A DNA stretch of 64,000 nucleotides from assembly GCF_964204645.1 (NCBI RefSeq), contig NC_134032.1:3248175-3312174 (forward strand), written 5' to 3'. The translations under genes and the position numbers were made by a program. Below are positions 1 through 12,100 of the stretch, in pieces (position 1 is the first letter of the stretch; each line of letters begins with the position of its first letter). The notes beneath the pieces were generated by a model. That model searched no databases. It was given only the letters and a program-made list of their open reading frames with translations, and was not told where the DNA came from. This DNA comes from Tubulanus polymorphus (Eukaryota > Animalia > Nemertea).

Positions 1-1005
1 TCATGAAAACAATCAGCTGATAGTAGATATTTGTTAGTAAAAGTTGAGATGAATTATACATTTTCTAGCTATGTTTTCTGTTTCGCAGCCGAACCATTCG
101 ACTTTCGTCGAGTCGTCGAAAGTAGAGTCGGGAAATCAGATAGCCCGTAGGCAAATTCTGCAAGTATGTCGAGATGAAAAATGAAAAAGGCGCTTTAAAT
201 GGATGGAAACGGAAAAAATAATGATACCTTTTTCTATTATTTAATTATTATCCACGGAAAACTCTGACCGCAGACAAACATTTTAATTGAGCGAAAATTG
301 TAGTTTATTATGATGGGAGGTATAGAAAAAAAGAAATTAAGGTCGACTTTTTCTGCACTTGTAACGGAACGGGGATAAATAAATAACCCCGGCAAAATAT
401 TCTTCCTCTGAAGTCCGGTTCCATGTCATTGGTAGCGTTCATAAAACCGAATTCAAATTGGCGTCCGCCACTGGGTCCGTCTCGGGTCCTTCCAGTGCCG
501 GAAGGGAACTGGATAAGGGGATGCGTGGTTTAACATCCACCCCGAGATAAGTAAATAAAAAGAAAGAAAATAACCACTAGAGAATATCCGTCATTATGAT
601 TCGACCATCAAGGACCGTCATAAAGGGTAAGTAAATAAAGTGAGGCCTATCGCCGCCGGCAAACACCTCTTCCACTGTTGTCGCTCACACTTTCCGTGAC
701 TCGAGTCACATGGCCAAAGTAACCACCCCCAACCCACTCAGGATAGAAGTCAGGGGATTTCTCACATCATCGCTCTATCGCGTCCTCAGAGCGGCACAAA
801 ATTCCGTCTACCCCCCTGGGCCGAGTCACACAACATTCCAAGTGCCCACCGCACAAACTCGTCCCTCGCACAGTCTCATGGGATCGGCGAACAACTAGTC
901 TGGACCTCAACCAAATATCTTCGTGCAACGTTGGCGACAATCGTCTCCCAAATCTACATACAACTGCGTCATCTAGTTCGAATCCTGTCATTGGGGCTTG
1001 CGTGG

Positions 1006-2106
1006 TGATGCAGATAAGAAAAAGGAATCCAGGATCTCGATACTACGTAAACCAACTCTCGTATAGAATATAGTACGAAAAGGTGCGTGTCCTTATTTAC
1101 TCGATGGACATCCCGACAACACTAGCAACCGTTATCGATATCAATAGGCATACTTGTAATATACACTTGAAAATAAACCTTCGCATACTGATTACTAATA
1201 CGATACGTTGACTAAAAACGATATAAAAGAAACGTAAGGCGTTCTCGAGCTCATCCTCAGGCTTCAGATCCGAAAGCTAGAAACTGGCTTGGAGCTTAAA
1301 GCTTAAACTGCGGTCCGATGATAAGTTGGTAAGCTTGAACTGGTAAGCTGGTTGATAAGCTTGCACAGAGTCGATGTTGAAGCTGAAAAACTGGTTCAAG
1401 ATTCGCAGACACAAGCTTCGGCGAGCTTGTCCCGGAGCTACGGCTAAAATCTTCGTTGAATAATTTGGACATCTCGCATTAGCTTGAGGATGAGCTTGAG
1501 CAACGAAATCAAATTCCGGGACCCGGAGGTCCGGAGGAGCTCAGAGAGTAACACACGTACCAATAGTGAGCGGAGAACTGTCGAATCTCCGGCCGCGAGC
1601 CGTATTTATAGGCGATGCAGTGACGTCATAATCAGCTTGGGATGCTGATTGGACCACTGAGGCAGAGCGCCGCGCGGCTAGAGACACGATCACATACAAC
1701 GATTTAACAATAATAGAAACAAGTACAATACTAATACACATATATTGAACAAAACACTATACGATTCACCGATTCGTAAAATCGTCTGTAAACCTATTCC
1801 AACTTTATCTTGACAGTGCTAACACAAAAAAAAACAAATAATATCTTTACATACACCATTACCATCCGGACGGGACTCGAGCCGTGCTGACTCGTACAGC
1901 GGAGCACAGCTCGAGCTAAAAACAATATATACAAACAGCCGGTATAAAAATAGATCGGATACAAAAAATATTATAGCCTGAGTTATAGCTAAATCCATTT
2001 GTCAAAATAATCTAAAATCTATAAAATAAAATGATTGTCATGCAATGCTACGGATTAATACTTAATATCGAACACGAGGGATGGTATAGGGAGAAAACCA
2101 CCATCA
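1006..2106 (-). mobile_element. Probable solo LTR
   Basis: TGATG...CATCA inverted ends, ~1.1 kb non-coding, contains an ordered minus-strand Pol II promoter. No matching TSD (GTGG vs GCGC), so tentative. Confidence 0.4.
1575..1652 (-). promoter_or_regulatory. Pol II core promoter (CCAAT - CRE - TATA - Inr-like)
   Basis: Minus strand: CCAAT 1652-1648, TGACGTCA 1628-1621, TATAAATA 1610-1603, CAGT about 25 nt downstream of TATA. Confidence 0.55.
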
Positions 2107-2366
2107 GCGCTGACCCAGATTGGTCGACCTGACACGACCGCAATCGCTTCCCAGCAATTTTCGCCACACAATCATAAGAGTCAGATTAAACCCACACAAC
2201 TGTGGAACTGAATCAAGAATCAAATTAAACCCACACTACTGTGGAACTGAATCAGCTGTCCTAGAACAAGCTATAATTCCACGTAACTCTTTCGTTTTTA
2301 CGAGTTTTCAAAGGATTTGGAAATCGAATATAAGGAGCAATAGTTAATTTTTTCAGGATAAAGTAG

Positions 2367-2514
2367 AGAGAATCCCACAATGATAAGAAAAAGTCCGAAA
2401 ATGTAACTTCGAGATAGTAGTTTATTTCAACGTTTCAACTATATCCTAATTGTCATCTTCAGGAATCGAAGTTACGTTTTCGGACTTTTTCTTTTCTTAT
2501 CATGTGGGATTCTC
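2367..2514. repeat. Fold-back inverted repeat enclosing a degenerate hammerhead-like motif (Penelope-type remnant)
   Basis: GAGAATCCCACA...AAAGTCCGAAAATGTAACTTCGA is mirrored at ~2466-2514; the loop reads CTGAAGA-stem-GAAAC on the minus strand (2428-2463). Confidence 0.5.
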
Positions 2515-2883
2515 TGTACATCCCGTCAACACGGATATAGTGTTCTATCAATCGTTTTCAGCATAAAATCGGGTAGATGTTAGATCCTATAACCGACTCG
2601 TCGCGCATGACTGTCTGGAATTAGAAAACTCTAGATAAATGACTAAAAAATCGGGATTCGAACTGGCAAACACGAGAGTGTAAGCGTTGCTAGCTTCCGG
2701 AATCACCAATTTTGTAACTACATGTAGCCTTACACTAAGCTACCGACGTATGTTAAGAAAGAAAAATTTTGAGTCCCAACTGCAAATAACAGTGTAACCC
2801 CGAGAAAGTCTTAAGAGAGGGCCCTTTTTATAAGTTTTTATGGAGCAGAGTTTAGTTCATGTATGTCTCCAACGACAGCCAAC

Positions 2884-2950
2884 GCCAGAGGTGGTTTCGA
2901 ACTAGGGACCTATTTGTTCCCAGTCCTCCATTCAACAAACTGAGCTAACT
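2884..2950 (-). mobile_element. tRNA-derived SINE head or tRNA pseudogene
   Basis: Minus strand TAGCTCAG (A box) and GTTCGAA (B box) at tRNA-like spacing; no clean cloverleaf. Confidence 0.4.
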
Positions 2951-3327
2951 GCACAGGACGATAAATGAAGGATATTTCGTACAATTTCACTTTAAGAAGT
3001 AGATCATCCATGAATTATTTCATCGAGGCAGGAAGAAGTTATTGTCACGGAATTGACCGGTTTAGCTGCTAATAATAGGCCTAATACGTCTCGCGATTAG
3101 TTACACAATAGGATGATTCATCTGATATTTCTGTGAGGAAAAGTTTTCAATTGAAAAAATGAGAATCAAATTACGATTACAATAACTTTAACAAATAGAT
3201 GAATAAAGACGTCGATAAAGCTAGTTTATGTCACTGTTAAGATCGAAGTCAAACCGCTTCGTTTTCATTAGGCGTTCGATTATACTTGCTCACATTGTTC
3301 GAGAGAAAAATCTGAATCCGAACGACG

Positions 3328-4287
3328 ATGAATTCTAGCAGCGATATCTCCGCGATCAGTCGACCTTACAACAGCTATATAATACTGATGTCCACGATGA
3401 ACGAGACGGGTCGCACGCGTCTGCTTTCGCTGGTATTGTTACCGATACTATTCGCGTCGGGTGCGTTCGGGAACACGTGCACTTTGCTGATAGCCGGCAG
3501 CCGACAGTTCCGCGCTTTGTCCTATTCGAATTATCTCATAATGTTGTCGGTTAGCGATATGCTCGTCTGCGTCGCTTTGGAGGCGATGCCGCTGTTGCAT
3601 TTCTGGCTACGGGAACTAGGCTTCGGCGGCGTGCTTCTAAACAGCGCGGCCGCCTGCGCCGTCTATGAGGTCGTGTTCCTCGCGTCGTACTGTAACAGTT
3701 CCTGGCTCGTCGTTGCTATTTCGCTCGAGCGTATGGCGGTCGTTTCGTTCCCACTGTCGTCGCGCCTAATTTGCACGAGAACCTTCGCGCGAAGCGCCGT
3801 GGCTTGCGTCACGGTCGGCTGCTTCGCCGTGTCGTCGGGCTTCTTCTTCAGCATGCGTTTTAAGGTATCGCTGGGTTGTTACACCGTACCGGGTCGGCAC
3901 GACGAATACATGACCGCCGTCGGAAGTCTATGCTACTTCGTGCCGCAGTTCCTGATCGTGGCGGCTAACACGGCCATCGTGGTTCTACTCTTCGCGCGTA
4001 AAGGCCCGCGCTCGACCGATAGGAAGTCGGCCACCGCTACCCGTACGACCGTCATGCTGGTCACCGTATCCGTCGTTTTTACGGCTACGACTTTCCCGTC
4101 GATGTTAATCACGTTGCTGAACAAGCTCGGAGTTCATGTAATCGCAGACGAGAGAATGGTACAGGTCGCCTCGCGTCTACAAGCCCTGAACTACTGTATC
4201 AATTTCTACGTATATCTCCTACTAGGCAAAGACATGCGCGCGTATTTTTGTCGACATTTCTGTAAATGTTCAACAATTCGTCACTAA
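3328..4287 (+). CDS. Intronless class A (rhodopsin-like) peptide-type GPCR
   Basis: 319 aa, seven hydrophobic segments; GN (TM1), LSVSD (TM2), SLERM (DRY-like), TM5/TM6 prolines, NYCINFYVY (TM7). Confidence 0.9.
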   Translation: MNSSSDISAISRPYNSYIILMSTMNETGRTRLLSLVLLPILFASGAFGNTCTLLIAGSRQFRALSYSNYLIMLSVSDMLVCVALEAMPLLHFWLRELGFGGVLLNSAAACAVYEVVFLASYCNSSWLVVAISLERMAVVSFPLSSRLICTRTFARSAVACVTVGCFAVSSGFFFSMRFKVSLGCYTVPGRHDEYMTAVGSLCYFVPQFLIVAANTAIVVLLFARKGPRSTDRKSATATRTTVMLVTVSVVFTATTFPSMLITLLNKLGVHVIADERMVQVASRLQALNYCINFYVYLLLGKDMRAYFCRHFCKCSTIRH

Positions 4288-4469
4288 TGTCGTTTACAAT
4301 CCACATAAGACCGTAAATGCGGGTAGTGCATCCTATGGCCAAAAGATGCCTTTTTGTCCACGGTCGTTTAGCGCCATTCGTCACAATAGATTACACTACA
4401 ACTTTAAAATATCGACAACCCAGAAGTTCTCAGTAAGATATAAACGCTGTAATGCTGCTATAGGACGGT

Positions 4470-5183
4470 ATAAATAAGATATATACCCCAGAAAGCTGCT
4501 ATAAGACTGTCAGTAAGATATATACCACAGAAAGTTGCTATAAGACTGTGTCAGTAAGATATATACCCCAGAAAGCTGCTATAAGACTGTGTCAGTAAGA
4601 TATATACCCCAGAAAGCTGATATAAGACTGTGTCAGTAAGATATATACCCGGAAAAGCTGCTATAAAACTGTGTCACCCCAGGAAAGCTGCTATAAGACT
4701 GTCAGTAAGATATATACCACAGAAAGTTGCTATAAGACTGTGTCAGTAAGATATATACCCCAGAAAGCTGCTATAAAACTGTGTCACCCCAGGAAAGCTG
4801 CTATAAGACTGTCAGTAAGATATATACCACAGAAAGCTGCTATAAGACTGTGTCAGTAAGATATATACCCCAGAAAGCTGTTATAAGACTGTGTCAGTTA
4901 GTTATATACCCCAGAAAGCTGCTTTAAGACAGTGTCAGTAAGATATATACCCCAGAAAGCTGTTATAAGACTGTGTCAGTTAGTTATATACCCCAGAAAG
5001 CTGCTTTAAGACAGTGTCAGTAAGATATATACCCCAGAAAGCTGTTATAAGACTGTGTCAGTAAGTTATATACCCCAGAAAGCTGCTATAAGACAGTGTC
5101 AGTTAGATATATACCCCGGAAAGCTGCTATAAGACTGTGCCAGTAAGATTTATACCCCAGAAAGCTGCTATAAGACTGTGTCA
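4470..5183. repeat. Minisatellite, ~41-bp unit CAGTAAGATATATACCCCAGAAAGCTGCTATAAGACTGTGT
   Basis: Tandem copies read directly, with some shortened units. Confidence 0.95.
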
Positions 5184-6248
5184 TTTAGGAGCAATAAAAG
5201 TTAAAATAGAGGATGTGTTTGACGAAGATCAAATTGAAATCTATCGGCCAATTTGTCCGTCGGTCCTATACTCGGGCGTCAGTCATCACTGGGTTCATCT
5301 CTAGTTTGGTGGAGATTACCAAACTGCAGGCATTTTACACAAAACAGAATCCGTTTATACGAATAGAAAAAAAGAAATGTCCCCGAACAACAACTAAAAA
5401 CAACAAGCAACGTGATCACAACTGATGTAGAATTTATTAAACATTTAAGAAAGAGGAATAAAGTAAAAAGATAGCCCCCGGTGTCTACCAGTTTGTAACG
5501 TGGATTTTTTTTTGAATGTCCTTGAAGTGACGATGATTTTCTCGTCGATTATTTATTGAAAATATTCACGCATTAGCCTTAGGGTATCATTTACAAACCG
5601 ACCAATCAAACCCACCGGGAACGAAACAGAGGTTGGATTTTGAAATCTGAAATCGATGTACAGTTTATGTTGTTGCAGGATCGGTCCAATTCACAGAACT
5701 TTTTGATAATCGTTAATTTTGTATCCAGTTCGTGTAAACAATCTTCCAACCAGCCTGAACCGGTCAGCGACTGATTGTGGTTTACATTATTAGCCAACAT
5801 TGTGTTATCAATACTTAGTTTCACAGCGCAGTATTGAGCTAAATATGTAATGGTGATGGTGCGAATTTTAAACACCTTTAAGTCCGATTGCTACCTGATG
5901 AAGTTCAACTCAAATTCATGGTGTTATTACAATTTTATAATTCGCCACCTGGTGTTTTCGATGAGAACAGGAATTCAAACTTAACCGCTTTTTAGGTTAA
6001 TACTTTTTCAGGAAACTGGACCCTGGGCCAAGGGCGCAGTCGTGGGGTTAGATTTAAGACCAATTTTACACCTTAGTTCTATAATCAATCTAACAACTCA
6101 AGACCAGTCTATGACCTGGTCTTAAGATTTAATACCACTTTTTTACTTATCGTATCGCCCCTTGTTAAAAATTTGGAGTCGCAGTAAAGCTAACGGTGAA
6201 AAAAAAACAAATTCGACGGTGAAAAAGCTCCTTTTTGCGGACCATAAA

Positions 6249-7239
6249 TCAAGCTTTGGCGGCCGAGCTAGCGGATGACTTATTGGTCAGCGGAGTTTGA
6301 CACCTTAACATGTAGGACAACTGGTTTCTGAAATTCGGGCTGCGAATGCAGTAGATATAACCGTTGATCGCGTGTCCGATCACGTGCAGAAGTTGCGCCG
6401 ACGAGTCGAACATGATCAGGGAGTGAAGGAGGCTCGTGCAGGCTAACTTGATGTAATTGTAGAGATCCTGGACGAAGAAATTCACGCAAAACGGTACGTT
6501 CGAAACCAGAAACGATACCGACACGGACATCAGCGTCACCGTCAGTTCTTTCTCTTTCGTGGCTGCGGTCATCTCCGAGGTGGACGCCGCCGCTCGCAGC
6601 AGCGTCATCACGATCGCCGTGTTGAACAGAAACAGGCTCGGTATCGGCAGATAGAATAATAAACTGTTGCTGACGTGCGACCAGATGTCGTACAGAGACT
6701 CGCCTATGTGATTGCTCGACAAACAGGCGAACAGGTCGCAGATTTTGATGGTATCGTAAAACACGTAAGCCGGCCCTCCCCCTAGACGGGCCAGAACGAA
6801 TATAGCCACCGTGATTGCGATGGCTTTTTTCACCGTGCAGAATTCGGTAGCTTTGAACGGGAATAGCACGACGAACGATCGGCGGTCATCGCTATGACCG
6901 TCCAGGTGCCCGCCGTATTCGCGGTGAACAGCCAGGCTTGCATAAGTTTGCAAACGTACTCGTTTTCGTAGCCGTACGCCAAAACGGGTCGCATAAACAG
7001 GTAAACCGTGTCGACGGCCGCTATAGAGCACATGTACCACGAGGCAGAGCTACGCAAGGCCTGACCCCGGCCGCCAACAGGGTCAGGACGTTCCCGACGA
7101 TGCCGATTGCCACAACGACGTAAATAGCGTAACGACCGAGGATGTAAAACATGTTCACGTAGAACGGGTCGCACAGTAAATTCGTCTTGGCCATTTCGCA
7201 AAATTCTGCGGTGAAACCGCCGGCGCTCGCGTTCGTCAT
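6249..7239 (-). pseudogene. Class A GPCR broken by two frameshifts
   Basis: TM1 GIVGN in ORF 7021-7239, TM2-3 (IAAVD...AMTADR) in ORF 6830-7201, TM4-7 (AINGYIY) in ORF 6249-7040: three different frames, breaks near 7058 and 6878. Confidence 0.85.
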
Positions 7240-9022
7240 CCTGGTTGGTCTCGAGATAGTTTAGCTCTTCTAATTCTATAGCTGCTGGAATCGACTTCGT
7301 TCTAAAAAGATTGAGAAAAGAGAATGAAATTATTCGTATACGGAGAGATGTAATTTGTAGCTATCCGCAGATATGGGTGAGTCATGTAACACTGACGGTC
7401 AGCCGCGGGTTCAACGGGATTCGAACCCATTCGAGTCCAACCCCGCGTAGCACGGGCTCAATGGGATTCGACCCCACCTCATCTGGTTTGAGAGTCAAGC
7501 ATGTGTATTACCTCTGCGACTAATCTTTCTCATCAATTCCTTGCGATGTCAATTCAACACGTCCATTTTTTTGATACCGCTGTGTGATACCGCTTTATGG
7601 ACGCTTGACACAATCGAACCGGTGACAGTCAGCTCATTATCGTGAACTAACGAAACGCGAGCCGAATTGAGAGTGTTTAAAGAGACACTTTTATTATACG
7701 AAATAATTCACCAGGTTCTGAATACTGTCTAAAAAGGGTCTACGTACTCAACACCAGCGATGTAAACAAATTAGCGTAATTTTACGTTTCATTGAAACAC
7801 TGAACTCTCAAGTTGGTTTTTACTACAGACCAGGATTCGACAAATCACGATGTAGATCACACATAAATTAATCTGTGGAACTGAGTGAAATTAACCCCAG
7901 ACGAATGCGGAACTGGATTTAAAAGGCAAAATATAGCTGCACAGCAGCGATAACGGGTTTCTGCCTAATTGTTTCATATGTCGAACTGGGAAGCGTACGA
8001 AGATTTCATCGAAATAATTCTAGCCCATAACATATGACTATTGCCAAGAAGCGCAATCTGGGTCAACATTATGCTGGATATGTGGATATGATTTGTCAAA
8101 GCATCGAAGCAATACAGTCCAACTTGTTTATGTCTCAGATGGAGCGCGCGGGACAGGGCCGTCATTATACTGGTGACATCCAAATTACACCTTCACAGCG
8201 CAACGTCTTTCAGTGTGTAAACTCCATCGTACTCGGCATTAAAGGACAGTGAGGAATTGAATTTTAGCCACCTAAGCCCTTGGCTTGATTCGAGCAAAAG
8301 ACCTAACGAACCCGGCAGTTGACTAAATGCACACCTTACGCCCTGTTTGTCTCAAATATGAGTTACAACATGTGACTGAACTGCATGAATTAACAATTCA
8401 ACAATTTCAGTTAATCAATGATTTTATCAAGTTCGTCGAAATCGAAATGTTTTGCCTTTTAAATTCGAGTTAAGATTGTGCAGGAATGTACTCAAGACAA
8501 TGCGGGCAACAGTACAATATGCCGTATAGCCCCCCCCCCCGCCTATGATTAGAGATGTCGGCAGTTTAATATTAATATTTTTAGCGCCTGTTATGCCTAA
8601 TTCTAGTTACACAATGTGTTTGGTTTGAATCAATTGAATTATGTAAATTTCACGCAATAAATGATTATGACAATTATGAAAATGAATGAGTTTTTAATAA
8701 GCTCCAGGTTAACAATGTTTAGAATTCATTTATCGATTGGAAATGAGGAAGTAGCTTCAGTCGAAGCAGTCAGTTGTTTCATTTTTTTTGTGTTCAAATC
8801 GTTGGAAAGCTATGTTAGAGAATCCATTGAAACAAAAACCATCTGTAGAAAGAGCTTTAGAGATGAACAATATCGAGTTTTCGCTTGATATTTGTTATGT
8901 AAGAATTTGATTTTTTTTTCTATAAGGCTTATTCGGTGGAACTGGGATCAGTGAGGTGAATGTTTATCAAGCTCCAGAACGGAACATGCTGAGAACAATA
9001 GCCCAAAATTTTATTCAACGGC

Positions 9023-9143
9023 AGTAATTAGAAAAGTGGGGTTTCATACCAGAGGGCGAGAGGGCGAGACACCACTCATCACCACAAGTAATTTTTTTCC
9101 TAACACTCATTACCACAAGTAATTTTTTTTCCTAATAAATGGG
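9023..9143 (+). repeat. Left terminal inverted repeat
   Basis: Reverse complement of 24710-24831 apart from one substitution and a 1-nt T-run difference; runs into the polB start codon. Confidence 0.95.
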
Positions 9144-12100
9144 GGAGAATGAACACCAACTAGAAAACAATAATGTCAATAAAAATCAATATTATTGTCA
9201 ATATTGTAAAAAAAACATCGATACATCTCATAAAACACGACATGAAAAAACTGCAAATCATATAAAAAATGTAATAGATTTTGAAACTCCAGAAAATTCC
9301 AATGAAAGAAAAGAACGATTAGAAAATATGAATGTGGATGAAATAAAATGTGAAGTTTGTAATGAATTTATAGTAAAAAGGAATTATAATAGACATCTCG
9401 AATCACAAAAACACCACCAAAATTTGAGTAATAATGTTTTAGGAAAAGATTATTTTGATAATAAACCTCAAAAAGTAAAAGAATCAACTTCAAAAACTAA
9501 ATCCATTTCAAATAAACCTTACATGGAAAATGTTAGAAATTATATTGATTCACTAGAAATAAAAGATACAATTGAAATCTTAGAAACATTACATAGTAAA
9601 ATTGGTCCTGCAGCTATTATATTTAGATTTTTTAAAGGTACAACAATAGAAGATTATAGTAAATTTAATGAAATAATAGAAAAAATACTAGATTTGATAA
9701 CAGATGTTGAATATCCAAAAATTAGTATCTCTGGGAAAGTAAGTTTTATAAAGTCAGAAGAAAAAATGAATTATAATATTCAAACACACTCTGAAGAAAT
9801 AATTTCAAAAACACAAATAAAAGAGAAGTTAGAAAAAATATTTAATGAATTTAAACGTCATATTGAAGAAAGATATTTTGAGGGTTCTGGCTTAACATTG
9901 AATGAAATAATATATTTAGATTTAAATGTTTATAATACAAAAAGGAATAAAACATCAAAAAGTAATAAAATGTTTAAAAATGATTCAAACTTTACAACAG
10001 AAAAGGATATTAAAGCATCATCTTATATTAAATTACCATTTACAACAAAAGCAGTAATAAATGTTCAAAATGAAGATAATAAATGTTTTCTATGGTCAAT
10101 TATTAGTTGTTTACACCAAACAGAAGATACGACGCATAGTTTTAGAATAACAAATTACCGGAAATATGAAACATTATATAAAATTGATCAATATCCAGTA
10201 ACTATAAAAATGATTCCTAAAATAGAAAAAATTAATAATTTAAAAATAAATGTATTCGAATTAATGCAATTACCAAAGACAAAAGGTGAAAATATTAAAG
10301 ATTATACATTGGAAGCTTTATATTTAACAGAATATTATGATGATGAAAATGCTATAGATTTGTTATATTACAAAAAAGATGAAAATGAACATTATATGTG
10401 GTTAAAACAAATTGATTTATTCTTTAGAACAACAGAAAGTGATCATCATCGTAAAATTTATCTATGTAGAAAATGTTTATCTAAATTTATGACTGAGAAT
10501 ACATTATTAAAACATAAAGAATTATGTGATAATAAAGATTTTTGTAAATTAATAATGCCAACAGAAAAAGATTATGAATTGAAATTTCCTAATCATAAAT
10601 TTAAAAATATTGTTCCATTTGTAATTTATGGGGATTTTGAATCGTTGAATAAAGAATTAACTGATCAAGATAGAAAAGAAATATATAACAAAAAGCAATT
10701 ATTAAAATCAATGGATAAAGGAAGTGAATTAAATGAAGATATAATTCAAGACCCACCAATCATAAATACAATTAAAAAAGTTCATCAAAGAGCTGCTGCT
10801 TATGGAATTTATATAAAATCAAATTATCCTGAATTATATGAAAGTCAATATATTTCTTTTAGAGGTGAAAATGTAGTTAATGATTTTTGTGATAAAATTA
10901 TTGAATTAGAAAGTGATTTTGCAAAATTATTAAACAAAAATAAAAGAATAGTTATGACAAAAGAAGATGAAATTGATTTTAATTATGCAACTCATTGTTG
11001 TTATTGTGAAAAACGTTTTTATTCATTTGATAAAAGAGTTAGAGATCATGATCATTTGAATTCAAAATATCGTGGAGCTGCTCATGAAGATTGCAATTTA
11101 CAAGCTAAGAAAGTTAATTTCGTACCAATATTATTTCATAATTTATCAGGCTATGATACCCATCTATTTATAAAACAATTATCGGGAAAATTGGGTGCAA
11201 TTAATCAAGAAATAGAAGAATATAATGCTATGAATGGTGTAAATGTAAGAAAATATGATTTTAAACTATTAGCTAAAACATCTGAAAATTATATTTCATT
11301 TCAATTTGGTTGCATTAGATTTTTAGATTCTTATAGATTTCTAGCAAGTTCATTAGATAATTTATCAAAATCATTAGTTGATAATGATTTTGTTATAACT
11401 CGATATTATTATCCAAATGACCAAGATTTTAAATTACTGAGATATAAAGGCGCAATTCCTTATTCATTTTATAAAACACATGATGATTTTAATGTAACAG
11501 AATTATTAAAAGATCAATTTTATGATAAATTAAAAGAGGAGTATGTGAAAGACGAAGTGTTTAATAGAACATTAAATATTTGGAACCATTTTAAGATGAA
11601 AAATCATGGCGAATTAGTTGATTTATATTTAAAATCAGATGTTATGATATTAGCTGACATATTTGAAAAATTTAGAGAAGTTAATTTGAATCATTTTAAT
11701 GTTGATCCTTGTTATTGTTATTCTAGTCCTGGTTTAACCTGGCAATGTGGTTTAAAATATACAAATGTAGAATTAGATTTATTAAAAGAACCAGATATGG
11801 TTTTATTATTTGAAAAATCAATTAGAGGTGGAATTAGTGGTGTTATGGGAGATAGGTATTTTAAAGCAAATGATGAATATAAATTATTATATATTGACGC
11901 CAATAATTTATATGGTTGGGCAATGATGCAACCTCAACCATATAAAAATTTTATATTAACAGAAGTTGAAAATGGTGATAAAACTGATTGGGAAAACGCA
12001 ATTGCGAGTTTAAAAGATGAAGCACCAATTGGTTATTTCTTTGTAGTTGATTTAGAATATCCTGAAAATATAAAGTTTAAAACAAGAAACTTACCTTATT

